Part shown: positions 19,082 to 29,282 of the stretch, piece by piece
Numbering within the stretch: the stretch's first letter is position 1
How the letters are laid out: each line of letters opens with the position of its first letter
DNA from: an uncultured Gammaproteobacteria bacterium
Lineage (GTDB): Bacteria > Pseudomonadota > Gammaproteobacteria > UBA9214
Length of the DNA stretch: 64,000 bases
Assembly: GCA_963748215.1 (NCBI GenBank)
Contig: CAVVHS010000007.1
Location: forward strand, 256,001-320,000
Direction: 5' to 3'
Notes under the pieces: generated by a model
What the model saw: the letters and a program-made list of their open reading frames with translations, nothing else
The model's database searches: none
Told to the model about the DNA's origin: nothing
Translations under genes and position numbers: made by a program

Positions 19082-20725
19082 ATGAAGCGGCACGGCCACA
19101 CACAGCCGGCTGTCCTGCGCCCGGTGCTCGACTATCACGAGGCCACCAAGCACCGCTTCGAGGGCTTTGCCCCGGGGCCGGGCTTTCTCGATTGGGCGAC
19201 GCAGCCGGACCCGTTCCGGCGTTATGCGGGCGCGCGGCTGATCGCGCTGGAGCAGGTCGCGCCGACGGATACACCGTGCTACGACGCAATCTTCACGTCG
19301 GGCCGGCAGCCGGCACCGCAACCGGTGAACCTGCATAGCCTCTCACAGCTTTGCTACGACAGCCTGGCGCTGTCCGCCTGGAAGCGCGCCGGTGCCAGCC
19401 GCTGGGCGCTGCGCGTGAATGCCTCCAGCGGCAACCTGCACCCGACCGAGGGCTACCTGGTGTGCGGGCCGGTCGCGGGGCTGTGTGAGCGGCCCATGGT
19501 CTGCCACTATGCACCGCGGGAACACGCCCTGGAAGTACGGGCCGAATTCGATGCCGGGCTCTGGGAGCGGCTGTGCGCCGGCTTTCCCGCGGGTACGTTT
19601 TTCATCGCCCTGACCTCGATTCACTGGCGCGAGGCCTGGAAATACGGCCTGCGGGCATACCGCTATTGCATGCACGATGCGGGGCATGCGCTGGGTGCGC
19701 TGGGCATTGCGGCCGCCGGGCTGGGCTGGCAGGCGCGGCTGCTCGATGACATCGGGACGGAGGCGCTGGGCGTGCTGCTCGGGACTTCGCAGCCGCATGA
19801 TGCCGAAGCCGAGGAGCCGGACCTGCTGGTGGCATGCATGCCGGTGGCATCCATGCCGGCGCTGCCGGCATTGCCCGCCGGGCTGTTGCAGTCCTTTGGG
19901 TCACTCGACTGGCAGGGGCAGCCGAATCGACTGAGTCCGTCGCACGTGGCCTGGGGTATCGAGGCGTTTGCCGCGCAGGTACGCAAGCCGCACGGTGCGT
20001 GTGTCTGCGAGACCTTCGCCATGCCGCCGCAGTCGTTTGACCCACCGCTGCGTGCGGTTGCACTGCGCCGGATGATCCGCCAGCGACGCAGTGCCGTGGC
20101 CATGGACGGGGAGACGCGCATTGCGCGTGAAGCCTTCTACCGCATACTGGACCGGACGCTGGCCGTGCCCGCCGCGGTGCCGTTCGGCATGCTGCCCTGG
20201 AAGTCGCAGCTGCACCTGGCGCTGCTGGTGCACCGCGTGGACGATATCCCGCCGGGACTGTACCTGCTGGTGCGCGACCCGGCACAGACGGAAACGCTGC
20301 GGGCGGCTCTCACCCAGGCGGATCCGTGGCAGAAGCCGCCGGGTTGTCCGGAGACGCTGCCGCTGTATTGCCTGATCGAGTCGGATACCCGCAACGCGGC
20401 GCGGGAGATTTCCTGCCAGCAGGATATTGCCAGCGACGGCTGCTTCAGCCTGGCCATGCTGGCCGAATTCAGGGCGCCACTCGAACGCTACGGTCCCTGG
20501 TTCTATCCGCGCCTCTACTGGGAGGCCGGCATGCTCGGCCAGCTGCTCTACCTGGAGGCGGAGGCGGCCGGTATCAGTGCCACGGGCATCGGCTGTTACT
20601 TCGACGACCCGATGCACGAGGTGCTGGGTCTGCAGGACCGCCGGTTCCAGGATCTGTATCACTTCACGGTGGGTGGCGCGGTGGAGGATGCCCGGCTGAT
20701 GACAGAGCCGGCGTATGGCGGGTAG
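19082..20725 (+). CDS. SagB/ThcOx family tandem nitroreductase-domain protein
   Basis: YHEATKH, LRVNASSGNLHPTEGY, WREAWKYG.RAYRY, second RRSA domain, TGIGCYFDD. Confidence 0.9.
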   Translation: MKRHGHTQPAVLRPVLDYHEATKHRFEGFAPGPGFLDWATQPDPFRRYAGARLIALEQVAPTDTPCYDAIFTSGRQPAPQPVNLHSLSQLCYDSLALSAWKRAGASRWALRVNASSGNLHPTEGYLVCGPVAGLCERPMVCHYAPREHALEVRAEFDAGLWERLCAGFPAGTFFIALTSIHWREAWKYGLRAYRYCMHDAGHALGALGIAAAGLGWQARLLDDIGTEALGVLLGTSQPHDAEAEEPDLLVACMPVASMPALPALPAGLLQSFGSLDWQGQPNRLSPSHVAWGIEAFAAQVRKPHGACVCETFAMPPQSFDPPLRAVALRRMIRQRRSAVAMDGETRIAREAFYRILDRTLAVPAAVPFGMLPWKSQLHLALLVHRVDDIPPGLYLLVRDPAQTETLRAALTQADPWQKPPGCPETLPLYCLIESDTRNAAREISCQQDIASDGCFSLAMLAEFRAPLERYGPWFYPRLYWEAGMLGQLLYLEAEAAGISATGIGCYFDDPMHEVLGLQDRRFQDLYHFTVGGAVEDARLMTEPAYGG

Positions 20726-20819
20726 GCGCAGACCTTGTCCGCGATTTTTTTTATAATTCCCGCCGCGCTAGGGAAGCGTTCCTGCGGAAAAACAATCGCG
20801 CTTGAGAAGCGCTCCTACT
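20722..20819. repeat. GTAG-family REP-like cluster between convergent genes
   Basis: GTAGGCGCAGACC, GCGCTAGGGAAGCGTTCCTGC, ATCGCGCTTGAGAAGCGCTCCTAC. Confidence 0.6.
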
Positions 20820-21007
20820 CAGGTAATCACCGGGTCGAAGCGTTTACCCTTCGGCACGAAGACCACGCTGACGCTCAGGTCGTGCGGGCTGTAGATAGTC
20901 GTGCGCAGCAGGATGCCGCGGCCCTTGATCACGGCCTGCTCGGTCATGGTGCGGATCTTGGTCGTGTCGTCGTAGTGATCCTCGATTTCTTCGTATTTGA
21001 GTTTCAT
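20819..21007 (-). CDS. small hypothetical protein (62 aa)
   Basis: GGAGAAGAACC before ATG; protein-like composition MKLKYEEIEDHYDD... Confidence 0.65.
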   Translation of the reverse strand: MKLKYEEIEDHYDDTTKIRTMTEQAVIKGRGILLRTTIYSPHDLSVSVVFVPKGKRFDPVIT

Positions 21008-21163
21008 GGTTCTTCTCCGGTAAGGGAAGGGTGCGTCAGGTTCAGGCCCGCTGGTACGTTGATCCACGTTACACTGGCGGCCCGGTGCCGGCAAGTGCGG
21101 GCCAGCGCAGGCCGGTGTGAATCGGCCGGCGGGCCGCTGCGCTTGCCTTATACTGGGTCGGGC

Positions 21164-22030
21164 ATGGTCATCCGAATCCTCATTCTGCTTGCTTTTCTTG
21201 CGGTGTGTTCAGGCAGCCCCGCCGCCGGTCCGGAGGATGGTGTTATGGAACTGGAGCAGAGTGTCTGCGGGCTGAAAGAGCCGATCCTGTTCTGGCTGTG
21301 GAGCAGGGCGGCCGGCAGTGCTGATGCCGGCCGGGTGTCCGGCTTGCGTCATGTCGACGACATTGCCTTCGAGACCAGGGATCACCGCACCTTGCGTGGC
21401 TACCGGCTGCGGGCGGTCGGGCCGGACGGGCAGCTGGCCGCAGCGCGGGGTTACCTGCTGGTCATGCAGGGCAATGCGATCCTGGCGGATCAGATCATCG
21501 GGCAGTTCATGCCGTATGCGAGCGCCGGGTTCGATGTCTATGTCTACGATTTTCGCGGTTATGGCCGCTCCGACGGCAGGCGTCGGCTCAAGGCCATTGT
21601 CAGTGACTACACGGAGATCCTCGCCGCGCTCGATGCGCAGGCCTATGGCCAACATCTGGTCTATGCCATGTCGTTCGGTGGTATTGCGTTGCTGGATGGC
21701 TTCGCGGCGCACGGCAGGCTGGACCGCGTGGTCGTGGATTCCACGCCGAGCCGGTTGTCCGGTCACGGTTGTCCGCCGGACTACGATCCCGTCATTCACC
21801 TGCCGGAAGACTGCAGCCGGTTCCTGATGATCACAGGGCAGAATGACAGTGTGGTCACACCGGCCATGTCGCATGAACTGGTCGAGGCAGCGCGACAACG
21901 CGGTGCCCGGGTACTGAATGATCCGGCTTTCGGGCATCCCTTCATGGAACATGAGCCATTGGTGCATGAGCGGCGCATGCGAATGATCGAGGATTATCTG
22001 CTCGGCGGCACGGACACCGTGCTGCGCTGA
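21164..22030 (+). CDS. exported alpha/beta hydrolase
   Basis: signal peptide; YDFRGYGRS, AMSFGG nucleophile, GQNDSVV, GHPF. Confidence 0.85.
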   Translation: MVIRILILLAFLAVCSGSPAAGPEDGVMELEQSVCGLKEPILFWLWSRAAGSADAGRVSGLRHVDDIAFETRDHRTLRGYRLRAVGPDGQLAAARGYLLVMQGNAILADQIIGQFMPYASAGFDVYVYDFRGYGRSDGRRRLKAIVSDYTEILAALDAQAYGQHLVYAMSFGGIALLDGFAAHGRLDRVVVDSTPSRLSGHGCPPDYDPVIHLPEDCSRFLMITGQNDSVVTPAMSHELVEAARQRGARVLNDPAFGHPFMEHEPLVHERRMRMIEDYLLGGTDTVLR

Positions 22031-22262
22031 CTGTCCGGGCGATCCAGCTCCGGACGCGGTGTCGCCGGTGCGCGGCGCAAACACCCGGTGGCGGGATGCG
22101 CGCCAGGCAGCCGTATTTTTTCGGGTGGCTAGTCCCGTGCTGTGTGGGTTATGCTCCTGCCTTTATTGTGTGCGCTGAAGCTCCCGCTGCAACACTGGCT
22201 GTCATTGCAATCAGGGCGCCGCCGGGGGGCAGCTTGCAGCACGAATATTCGCAGTAGTCATC

Positions 22263-22997
22263 ATGGTCATGAAAGCACGACCCGGCACAAATCAGCCTCT
22301 GCCCGACGGTGAACAGATCACGGACCCGACACGGGTGGCGCGACTGCTCGAACGGCTGGCGAAACAGCACTCGCTGCTCACGATCGTGATTCCCGGCCAC
22401 GAGGAGCACTTCACCAGCAGCATTGTCGAAGTGAAAGGGCCGCATGTCCTGATCGACGAGTTGCTGCCAAACAACGGCCACCAGTTGCTGCTGGCGGAGC
22501 GCAAGCTCCAGGTGACCGGTAAACTCGATGGAATCGAAATCCGGTTCAGCACTACCCTGGAACATGTGGATGACCAGGATGGCGTGATTACCTACCATGC
22601 CAATCTGCCCGGGCGACTCGAATACCGGCAACGCCGCCAGAATTACCGGGCGCATATCCCCATGGCGCGGCGGCTGCGAGTTATTGTCGACAGCCATGAC
22701 GGGACAGTATGCGAGGGGGAGCTGCATGATTTATCAATCGGTGGCACGGGAATCATTTTTACCGATGTCATGCCCGCCGTGGAACGCGGAGTGTTGCATG
22801 AATGCGCTGTCGAATTGCCCGATGGCGGCTGGCTGTATTGCACCGTCGAGTTGCGACACTTGATCACCATCCCGCCGCGTGACCGGCATCTGGTCGGCGC
22901 CCGGTTCGCCAGGCTCACCGTCGTTCAGGCACGGATAGTGGGCCAGTGTATTGGCGAGCTGGAACGGGAATCTATCAGGAAACGTGTGGCGGATTGA
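22263..22997 (+). CDS. YcgR-like flagellar brake protein (PilZN + PilZ)
   Basis: QRRQNYR (RxxxR) and DLSIGG (DxSxxG) c-di-GMP-binding motifs. Confidence 0.88.
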   Translation: MVMKARPGTNQPLPDGEQITDPTRVARLLERLAKQHSLLTIVIPGHEEHFTSSIVEVKGPHVLIDELLPNNGHQLLLAERKLQVTGKLDGIEIRFSTTLEHVDDQDGVITYHANLPGRLEYRQRRQNYRAHIPMARRLRVIVDSHDGTVCEGELHDLSIGGTGIIFTDVMPAVERGVLHECAVELPDGGWLYCTVELRHLITIPPRDRHLVGARFARLTVVQARIVGQCIGELERESIRKRVAD

Positions 22998-23111
22998 TGC
23001 AAGCGGCCGTGCAGGCAAGCGGGCGTCCGGACAAGACAGGCCCGGCGGGATCTGCCGGTGCCGATGGTCAGCGCTGCCTGCCGCGTTCGCAGCCAGGCAG
23101 GGATGTCGTTA

Positions 23112-23534
23112 TCAGGGTAATTGCGCGACGAACACCGGTGCGGACAGCGACTGCATGGCCAGCAGGTCGATGGACAACGTATCGATGTCGGCCCTGACGC
23201 GGGCAAGTTCATCACTGGCCTGTTGATGTCGGGCCTTTTTGTACCCGGCATAGAGCAGACCACCCGGCAGGATGGCCGTGATCAGGGCGTCGCTGCCGTC
23301 AAACTTGCTGTCAGCGACATGCTGAACCAGCTCATTCCTGTGTTGTATCAGCTGGCTGCGCAACGTCTCAATCGACTCGATGAGATCCTCGCGATCGACA
23401 TCCGGCAAGTCGAAGGCGCTCAGATCCGGAGCCGCTGCGGGTTGCGGCGCCTGGCCGGCGTGTGCGGACTGCAGCATGAATACAGCACCTAACAGTGCGC
23501 TCGAAATAAACAGTCTGTGCGTGATTTTTGTCAT
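23112..23534 (-). CDS. exported hypothetical protein
   Basis: GGGAG upstream; signal peptide ending AHA; helical body. Confidence 0.7.
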   Translation of the reverse strand: MTKITHRLFISSALLGAVFMLQSAHAGQAPQPAAAPDLSAFDLPDVDREDLIESIETLRSQLIQHRNELVQHVADSKFDGSDALITAILPGGLLYAGYKKARHQQASDELARVRADIDTLSIDLLAMQSLSAPVFVAQLP

Positions 23535-23925
23535 GGGGCTCCCTGAGTCGTCTGGCCTTGTTCGGGTGGTGGCAGGATATTAGATAAATAATAACATGTT
23601 TTCATAGACTGCATTTATAGGCATTATTAATACAGTCATTGATTCGCGCGTGTCCACGCGAATGAAAAAAGCATGCAAATCGAAACGTGTTTCGTTTCGT
23701 TTTTGCATGCAGGAAATTTGCAATGAGCCTGCGGACGTCAAACGCTGTTGCGCCGGCCATGTAACGGTAGCGGGTTAACGGAGCGCTGTCGCGCGGCTGT
23801 ACTGGATGCACCGGCCTTGCATGAAGATGCAGTGCCCGGCAGCCTGGGTAGATCGGGCGTGCTGAAAATCAGTCATGCGCCAGCGTGGTGCCCGGTATGA
23901 GGGTGGCGGTAGCGCGGTTGGGAAA

Positions 23926-24066
23926 CGCGGACAGACCCCGTTTTTATAATAACGAATGGCCACGGAATCACATGGAAAGCATGTAGGGTGCACTCTGTGC
24001 ACCAATGTGTGAGACGTGAAAGATAAATAATAGCCACGGAATCCACGGAAAACACGGAAAGAAAAA
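23926..24066. repeat. composite modular repeat, locus A
   Basis: GGACAGACCCCGTTTT half site, AATGGCCACGGAATC block, GTAGGGTGCACTCTGTGCACC REP, GTGAGACGTGAAA heptamers, GCCACGGAATCCACGGAAAACACGGAA block. Confidence 0.75.
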
Positions 24067-24168
24067 AACCAAATCCCATCATGCACATAACGCGCCGGGA
24101 CCTGTGGCGGATCTCATCCGCGATGAATTGCCCTGATTGACAACCGCGCTTGAGAAGTGATGCTATGG

Positions 24169-25482
24169 TCACCGCGGTGGCAGCAACTCCAGATAGCCAT
24201 CCGGTACCAGGCTGGTTGCCAGCATTACTGCATTGATGTCTTCATGTTCACGCCAGGTATCCATGCGCTGATGCGCGGGTTCACGCCAGAACGCCTCGAT
24301 GGCATTGCGCAACGGCAGGTATTCCATGAGCGTCTCGATGAGTACGCGCTCCTGTGCGGTGTATACATTGTGTGAAACGTCACGCGTGGCTGCATGGTGC
24401 AGGCGCTCCACGGCGTGCAAGCCGATGGCCAGGCCGAGCTCGCGAAAGGCGAGCCGGTATGCGGCAGGCCGGGTCAGCTCGTCACTCCGGGCATAGTGTC
24501 CGAGGCCGGCCAGCGCGGATTCCAGCAGCTGCTCGACGAGTTGCGCCTCGGGTGCCGCTCCCTGCTGCACGAGTTGCTGTACACGCCAGGCATCGACCAG
24601 CAGGCCACCGATACCGAGCGGATCAGCAGTGACCCACGTGCTCTGCTGCATCATGGTCGCGTAGGCGCGCGTCGCCTCGCCTGGGTCCGGCCCGCCTGCC
24701 GGCACCGGCAATGCGCTGGCCGTGGACGCCAGCTGCAGGTTACTGATGTAGCCATCCAGTGGATCGTGCTGCCCCATGGAAGGCACGAGCACGTGCTGCA
24801 GGTCGATGCTCAGCTTCCAGGCCATGCGGCGTGGTTCGCCTGCCGAGGTCGGGTAGCTGAAGGCGTCGAAGGCAGTCTGCGCCAGCTCACGTGCCCAGGC
24901 ATTGAAACGACTATCGTGCGTGGCGCGCGTGGTCTGGTCGAGCGCGTGCATCCATCGGGTCAGGTAGTGGAAATACTGGCCATCGCGCTCCCATTCCAGC
25001 TGCTCGTCGACGGGTTCATCCGGTCGTCGTTCCGGCAGCGGCTTGCCGATGCGCAAGCCGCCACGCGTGGGGTGTCGCGCGCCGTCTGCCTCGTTCAGGC
25101 CGCTGAGCCAGCCGGTACGACGGTCGTCGTCCCGATGCCTGCCCAGCGAGTGGTGGACCTGCCCGATCAGCGCCAACGCGTGCTGCGTGTAGTCCGGCAC
25201 TCCGGTCACGCGCGCCAGCCCCAGGTAATTGCAGACCGCGAAGGCGTCCGTCCACAGGTAGCGTCGCGCAGGCTGCGTGGATGTCAGCCCGGTGCGCGCG
25301 GCGAAGGCATTCATCAATGCGCTGGCTTCCTCGATGCGTGGATCGGGCATGGATGCGGTATCCGGTTGCGCGCCCGCCTGCGGCGGCGCAAGTGTCAACA
25401 GTACTGTCAGCAGGCAGTGACGCAGGCGTATTGCACATGGCGCTGGCCGGTGCGTGTCCCTGTGGCGATCCGGATAGGCCAT
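24169..25482 (-). CDS. conserved hypothetical helical protein (RRYLWTDAFAV motif)
   Basis: long ORF with RYLWTDAFAVC, DGQYFHYLTRWMHAL, SMGQHDPLDG, YRLAFRELGL, H.DINAVMLA blocks; possible signal peptide; start uncertain. Confidence 0.75.
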   Translation of the reverse strand: MAYPDRHRDTHRPAPCAIRLRHCLLTVLLTLAPPQAGAQPDTASMPDPRIEEASALMNAFAARTGLTSTQPARRYLWTDAFAVCNYLGLARVTGVPDYTQHALALIGQVHHSLGRHRDDDRRTGWLSGLNEADGARHPTRGGLRIGKPLPERRPDEPVDEQLEWERDGQYFHYLTRWMHALDQTTRATHDSRFNAWARELAQTAFDAFSYPTSAGEPRRMAWKLSIDLQHVLVPSMGQHDPLDGYISNLQLASTASALPVPAGGPDPGEATRAYATMMQQSTWVTADPLGIGGLLVDAWRVQQLVQQGAAPEAQLVEQLLESALAGLGHYARSDELTRPAAYRLAFRELGLAIGLHAVERLHHAATRDVSHNVYTAQERVLIETLMEYLPLRNAIEAFWREPAHQRMDTWREHEDINAVMLATSLVPDGYLELLPPR

Positions 25483-25570
25483 TGTCGCGTAGAAAATTTC
25501 CATCCCCGGTGCCACAATTTTGTATCATAGCCCCGTTCAGCGCCTGAATACCTTCACGCAGGTCAAGCAG

Positions 25571-25882
25571 ATGCAGTATCGGGACTTCATGGACAGCCTG
25601 AAGCAGGATGCCTGTCCGGACGGACTGGAGCCCTGCCTGCGCGCACTGTGGTTGGACGCGCGCGACGACTGGGATACCGCCCACGGCATCGTCCAGGAAG
25701 CGGGTGGTGCGCTTGCCATGCGTATTCATGCCTACCTGCACCGCAAGGAGGGTGATGACTGGAACTCGCGTTACTGGCACCGCTGTGCCGGCTCGGAATT
25801 CCCGGCCGGTATGAGCCTGCAGGCGGAATGGGACATGCTGGTGCGTGAACTCGTCGACCAGGAAAGAAAAGGGCCGGAATGA
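25571..25882 (+). CDS. conserved hypothetical protein
   Basis: WDTAHGIVQ..HAYLHRKEGD..NSRYW; ATGA overlap with next gene. Confidence 0.8.
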   Translation: MQYRDFMDSLKQDACPDGLEPCLRALWLDARDDWDTAHGIVQEAGGALAMRIHAYLHRKEGDDWNSRYWHRCAGSEFPAGMSLQAEWDMLVRELVDQERKGPE

Positions 25883-26505
25883 CAGCAATCGGGTTGATCA
25901 GTGATGTGCATGCGAGGGCCGCGCCGGTGCGCGAGGCGCTGGCTATTTTCGCGCGTGAAGGCGTGCAACAGGTGTTCTGTGCCGGCGATATCGCCGGTTA
26001 TCACCACGAACTGGCGGAGACCGTCGCGCTGTTGGCCGACAGTGGTGTGCAGGCGGTGTGCGGCAACCATGACCTGCATTACCCTGACAAGCCGGATACC
26101 GACGCCGATACCCTGGTCTACCTGGGGCGGCTGCCCGCGGTCATCGACACAGTCATCGAGGGTAAGCGCGTGTACATGGTGCATGCGGAACCGCCGGATG
26201 CCTGTATGGGCGGCGGCATCCGTCTGCTGGACAAGTCCGGGGCGGTACGCCGGGACCGGGCGGGGTACTGGACCCGGCAGCTGGCGGACTGTGGCTGCGA
26301 CGTGCTGGTGATCGGTCATACCCACCAGGTGTTCGCCGAACGGCTTGGCGCGACGCTGGTGGTGAATCCGGGCAGCACAACATTCAATCATTCCTGCGCC
26401 ATCCTGCGCCTGCCGGAGGCGAGCGTAGAGATTTTTCCACTCTCAGGCCGGTCCATTGAGCCATACTGGAGCTGGAGCGAGTACCTGCGCAGCAAGACGG
26501 ACTGA
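25879..26505 (+). CDS. metallophosphoesterase (YfcE-like)
   Basis: ISDVH, AGD, GNHD, GHTH, VNPGS. Confidence 0.92.
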   Translation: MTAIGLISDVHARAAPVREALAIFAREGVQQVFCAGDIAGYHHELAETVALLADSGVQAVCGNHDLHYPDKPDTDADTLVYLGRLPAVIDTVIEGKRVYMVHAEPPDACMGGGIRLLDKSGAVRRDRAGYWTRQLADCGCDVLVIGHTHQVFAERLGATLVVNPGSTTFNHSCAILRLPEASVEIFPLSGRSIEPYWSWSEYLRSKTD

Positions 26506-26687
26506 AGGTGCGGCCACCCGCTGCCAGTGCCAGGGGGGAGGGTGTGTCACACCGACCGGCCCGGGCAGGATCGATTGGCCTTTGTACAACGGCGCAGGAT
26601 ACCGTCATGCGCGTTGCGAGTGCAGGGTTTCTGCCGCAGCGGGCGAGGCGAGTGGCTGATACAGCTGCCTCGCCGGTGATGCGTTAG

Positions 26688-27872
26688 TCAGGGGCGGCGC
26701 CGCTGCCTGAGCTTCAGGGACATTAATTCCACCTGGCGCCAGAACCAGGCAAGTGCACGCAAATACCAGCTGCGCTGTACCCATTCTCCGACGTTGTATT
26801 CATGGCAGTTGGCGAAATCCTGCATGAACATGGCTGCCACGGTCTCAGCCGTCTCCGGGTCGTCGACCTCCTGGTTGGCTTCCAGGTTCCACTGCAGGTT
26901 CCAGCGATCGAAGTTGCAGGACCCGATGGTCAGCCAGTCATCGCATAGCACCGTCTTGGCGTGAAAGAAACGTGGCAGATATTCATATATGCGGACCCCG
27001 CTTTTCAGCAAGCGGCCGTAGTATCGGTGGCTGGCGTAGCGTGCCCCGGGGTGGTCGGTCACGGGTCCGGGGAGCAGCAGGCGCACATCGACACCGGCCC
27101 GGGCGGCACGCTTGAGTTTCCTGCGTAACTTCCAGGAGGGAATGAAATAGGCCGTGGCGAACCAGACCCGCTGCCTGGCGTGCTGGATGTGCCTGACCAG
27201 CGATCGCTGCACGCCCGTCCGGTGCCGGGCCTCGTTGATCGTGACCCTGCCGCGCTTGCTGGCTGCCAGGGGTGCCGGCTGCACCGCCGGCAAGGTCAGG
27301 GACCGTTCGGCAAAGCGGTTCCAGCTGTCCGTGAACAGTTCCTGCCAGTCGGCAAGCAGCGGCCCACGGATCACGATCATGGTCTCGCGCCAGCGCATGT
27401 CGGGGGCCGCGGGGGAATCGACCTCGTCAGTGATGCCGGTACCCCCGGTATAGGCTACGCTGCAGTCGACCAGCAGCAGCTTGCGATGATTGCGATACAG
27501 GCCGCCATATGTCTGATGCCAGATAATCCGGTACAGGTTGTACAGCGTGCTGCGCGAGTGAAGCGGGTTGTAAAAGACCAGTTCGATATTCCGGTGTGTC
27601 AGCAACTCACGGTCGCGCTCGTCCAGTTGTTGCGCGCCATAATCATCGAGCAGCAGGTACACACGCACCCCGCGTTCGGCTGCCGCCAGCAGGACCTTGA
27701 TGATGCGGCTGGCGACGGTGCCGGATGCGACCAGGTACATCTCCAGCAGGATGTAATGCCGGGCCGTGTCGATGGCGGCGAGCATGCGCGGCAGGAATGT
27801 CGTGCTGTCGACGAGAATCTCGAAACTGTTGCCGCCCCGCCAGGGAAAATTGTGATACCGGTGTCGGGCCAT
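26688..27872 (-). CDS. phospholipase D family / cardiolipin synthase (ClsB-like)
   Basis: two HKD motifs: HRKLLLVD and HAKTVLCD; no N-terminal TM. Confidence 0.9.
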   Translation of the reverse strand: MARHRYHNFPWRGGNSFEILVDSTTFLPRMLAAIDTARHYILLEMYLVASGTVASRIIKVLLAAAERGVRVYLLLDDYGAQQLDERDRELLTHRNIELVFYNPLHSRSTLYNLYRIIWHQTYGGLYRNHRKLLLVDCSVAYTGGTGITDEVDSPAAPDMRWRETMIVIRGPLLADWQELFTDSWNRFAERSLTLPAVQPAPLAASKRGRVTINEARHRTGVQRSLVRHIQHARQRVWFATAYFIPSWKLRRKLKRAARAGVDVRLLLPGPVTDHPGARYASHRYYGRLLKSGVRIYEYLPRFFHAKTVLCDDWLTIGSCNFDRWNLQWNLEANQEVDDPETAETVAAMFMQDFANCHEYNVGEWVQRSWYLRALAWFWRQVELMSLKLRQRRRP

Positions 27873-27983
27873 GTCAGGGTCGCGAAGAATAAGGTTCAGA
27901 GCACTATTTCGGCTACTATACCTGCAACTGTGTTCCGATTCCGTTGCGTGGTATAGCTCCTACGATACGCCAGGTCACTGCCT

Positions 27984-29027
27984 ATGAAAGCCATGGTCAT
28001 CAACCGGATTGTCTCGTTGCGCGAGGACGCGGCGCCGTTGCAGCTGGTCGATCTGCCCGATCCGGAGCCGGCGGCGGGTGAAGTGCGCATCCGCGTGGCC
28101 GCCTGCGGGGTATGTCACACGGAGCTGGACGAGATCGAGGGCCGCACCGCACCACCACGGCTGCCTGTGGTACCCGGTCACGAGGTGATCGGCCGGGTCG
28201 ACCGCTGCGGCGCCGGCGCCACGCGCTTTGCGCCGGGCGACCGCGTCGGGGTCGGCTGGATCCATCATTCCTCGGGGGGCAGTGAGGAGAACCTGAGTCC
28301 CGGGTTCGTCGCGACCGGGCGTGACTGCAATGGCGGCTATGCCGAGTACCTCACCGTGCCGGAGGCCTATGCCTGCCCGATACCGGACGTGTTTTCCGAT
28401 GCCGAGGCCGCGCCGCTGCTGTGTGCCGGCAGCGTGGGCTACCGGTCCCTGAAGCTCGCCGGGCTGGTGAACGGGGAGACGCTGGGCCTGACCGGGTTCG
28501 GCGGTTCGGCGCACATCGTGCTGCAGCTGGCGCGGCACCTGTATCCGGCATCGAAGGTGTACGTGTTCGCGCGCGATGCCGCGGCGCGTGATTTTGCGCT
28601 GGAGCTGGGCGCGGCGTGGGCCGGCGCGACCGAGGCGCGTGCACCGCAGCCACTGCAGGCCATTATCGACACCACGCCGGCGTGGAAGCCGGTGGTGGAG
28701 GCGCTTGCCAACCTGCGCCCGGGCGGCCGCCTGGTCATCAATGCCATCCGCAAGGAAGCCGGCGACCAGGATTATCTGCTGCGGCTGCGCTACCACGAGC
28801 ACCTGTGGATGGAGAAGGAGATCAAGTCGGTGGCGAATGTCACACACCAGGATATCGCCGAATTTCTGCCGATCGCCGCGCGCATTCCAATCCACCCCGT
28901 GGTGCAGACCTATCCGCTGGAGGAGGCCAATCGTGCGCTGTGCGAGCTGAAGCGGGGACCGGTACGTGGTGCAAAGGTGTTGTTGATGGCGCGGGGCGGT
29001 GCGACATCCGCGGACAGGGAGGTTTGA
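27984..29027 (+). CDS. zinc-dependent alcohol dehydrogenase family protein
   Basis: GVCHTE, PGHEVIG, LLCAG, GFGGSA. Confidence 0.9.
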   Translation: MKAMVINRIVSLREDAAPLQLVDLPDPEPAAGEVRIRVAACGVCHTELDEIEGRTAPPRLPVVPGHEVIGRVDRCGAGATRFAPGDRVGVGWIHHSSGGSEENLSPGFVATGRDCNGGYAEYLTVPEAYACPIPDVFSDAEAAPLLCAGSVGYRSLKLAGLVNGETLGLTGFGGSAHIVLQLARHLYPASKVYVFARDAAARDFALELGAAWAGATEARAPQPLQAIIDTTPAWKPVVEALANLRPGGRLVINAIRKEAGDQDYLLRLRYHEHLWMEKEIKSVANVTHQDIAEFLPIAARIPIHPVVQTYPLEEANRALCELKRGPVRGAKVLLMARGGATSADREV

Positions 29028-29282
29028 CCGCTCGCAGGGAGATTGCCGCAGCCCGTGTCTCCGCATGCCCTGCCGTGACACCGGCAATGCATCACGCTGA
29101 AGTCAGCGCCGCCACTCGCGCCCGGGTGTGCTATCGACACCCCGCGGTGGCCTGGTGGCACACGGTTCCCGGGTTCTCTGCCGCTGCGTGGAGTACGACG
29201 CGGTTCTGGATACCCGGCTGACTACCCCGCACCCTCGAAGACAGAGCAGCGCAACCGTGCATTGGCATGCGTTCGACACGAT

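Noticed and set aside
15172-20725. RiPP (azole) biosynthetic cluster suggested by two SagB/ThcOx genes
   Set aside because: No YcaO, E1-like protein, precursor peptide or transporter; the genes are separated by cytochrome c5 and tdh-kbl; stand-alone members of this family are common
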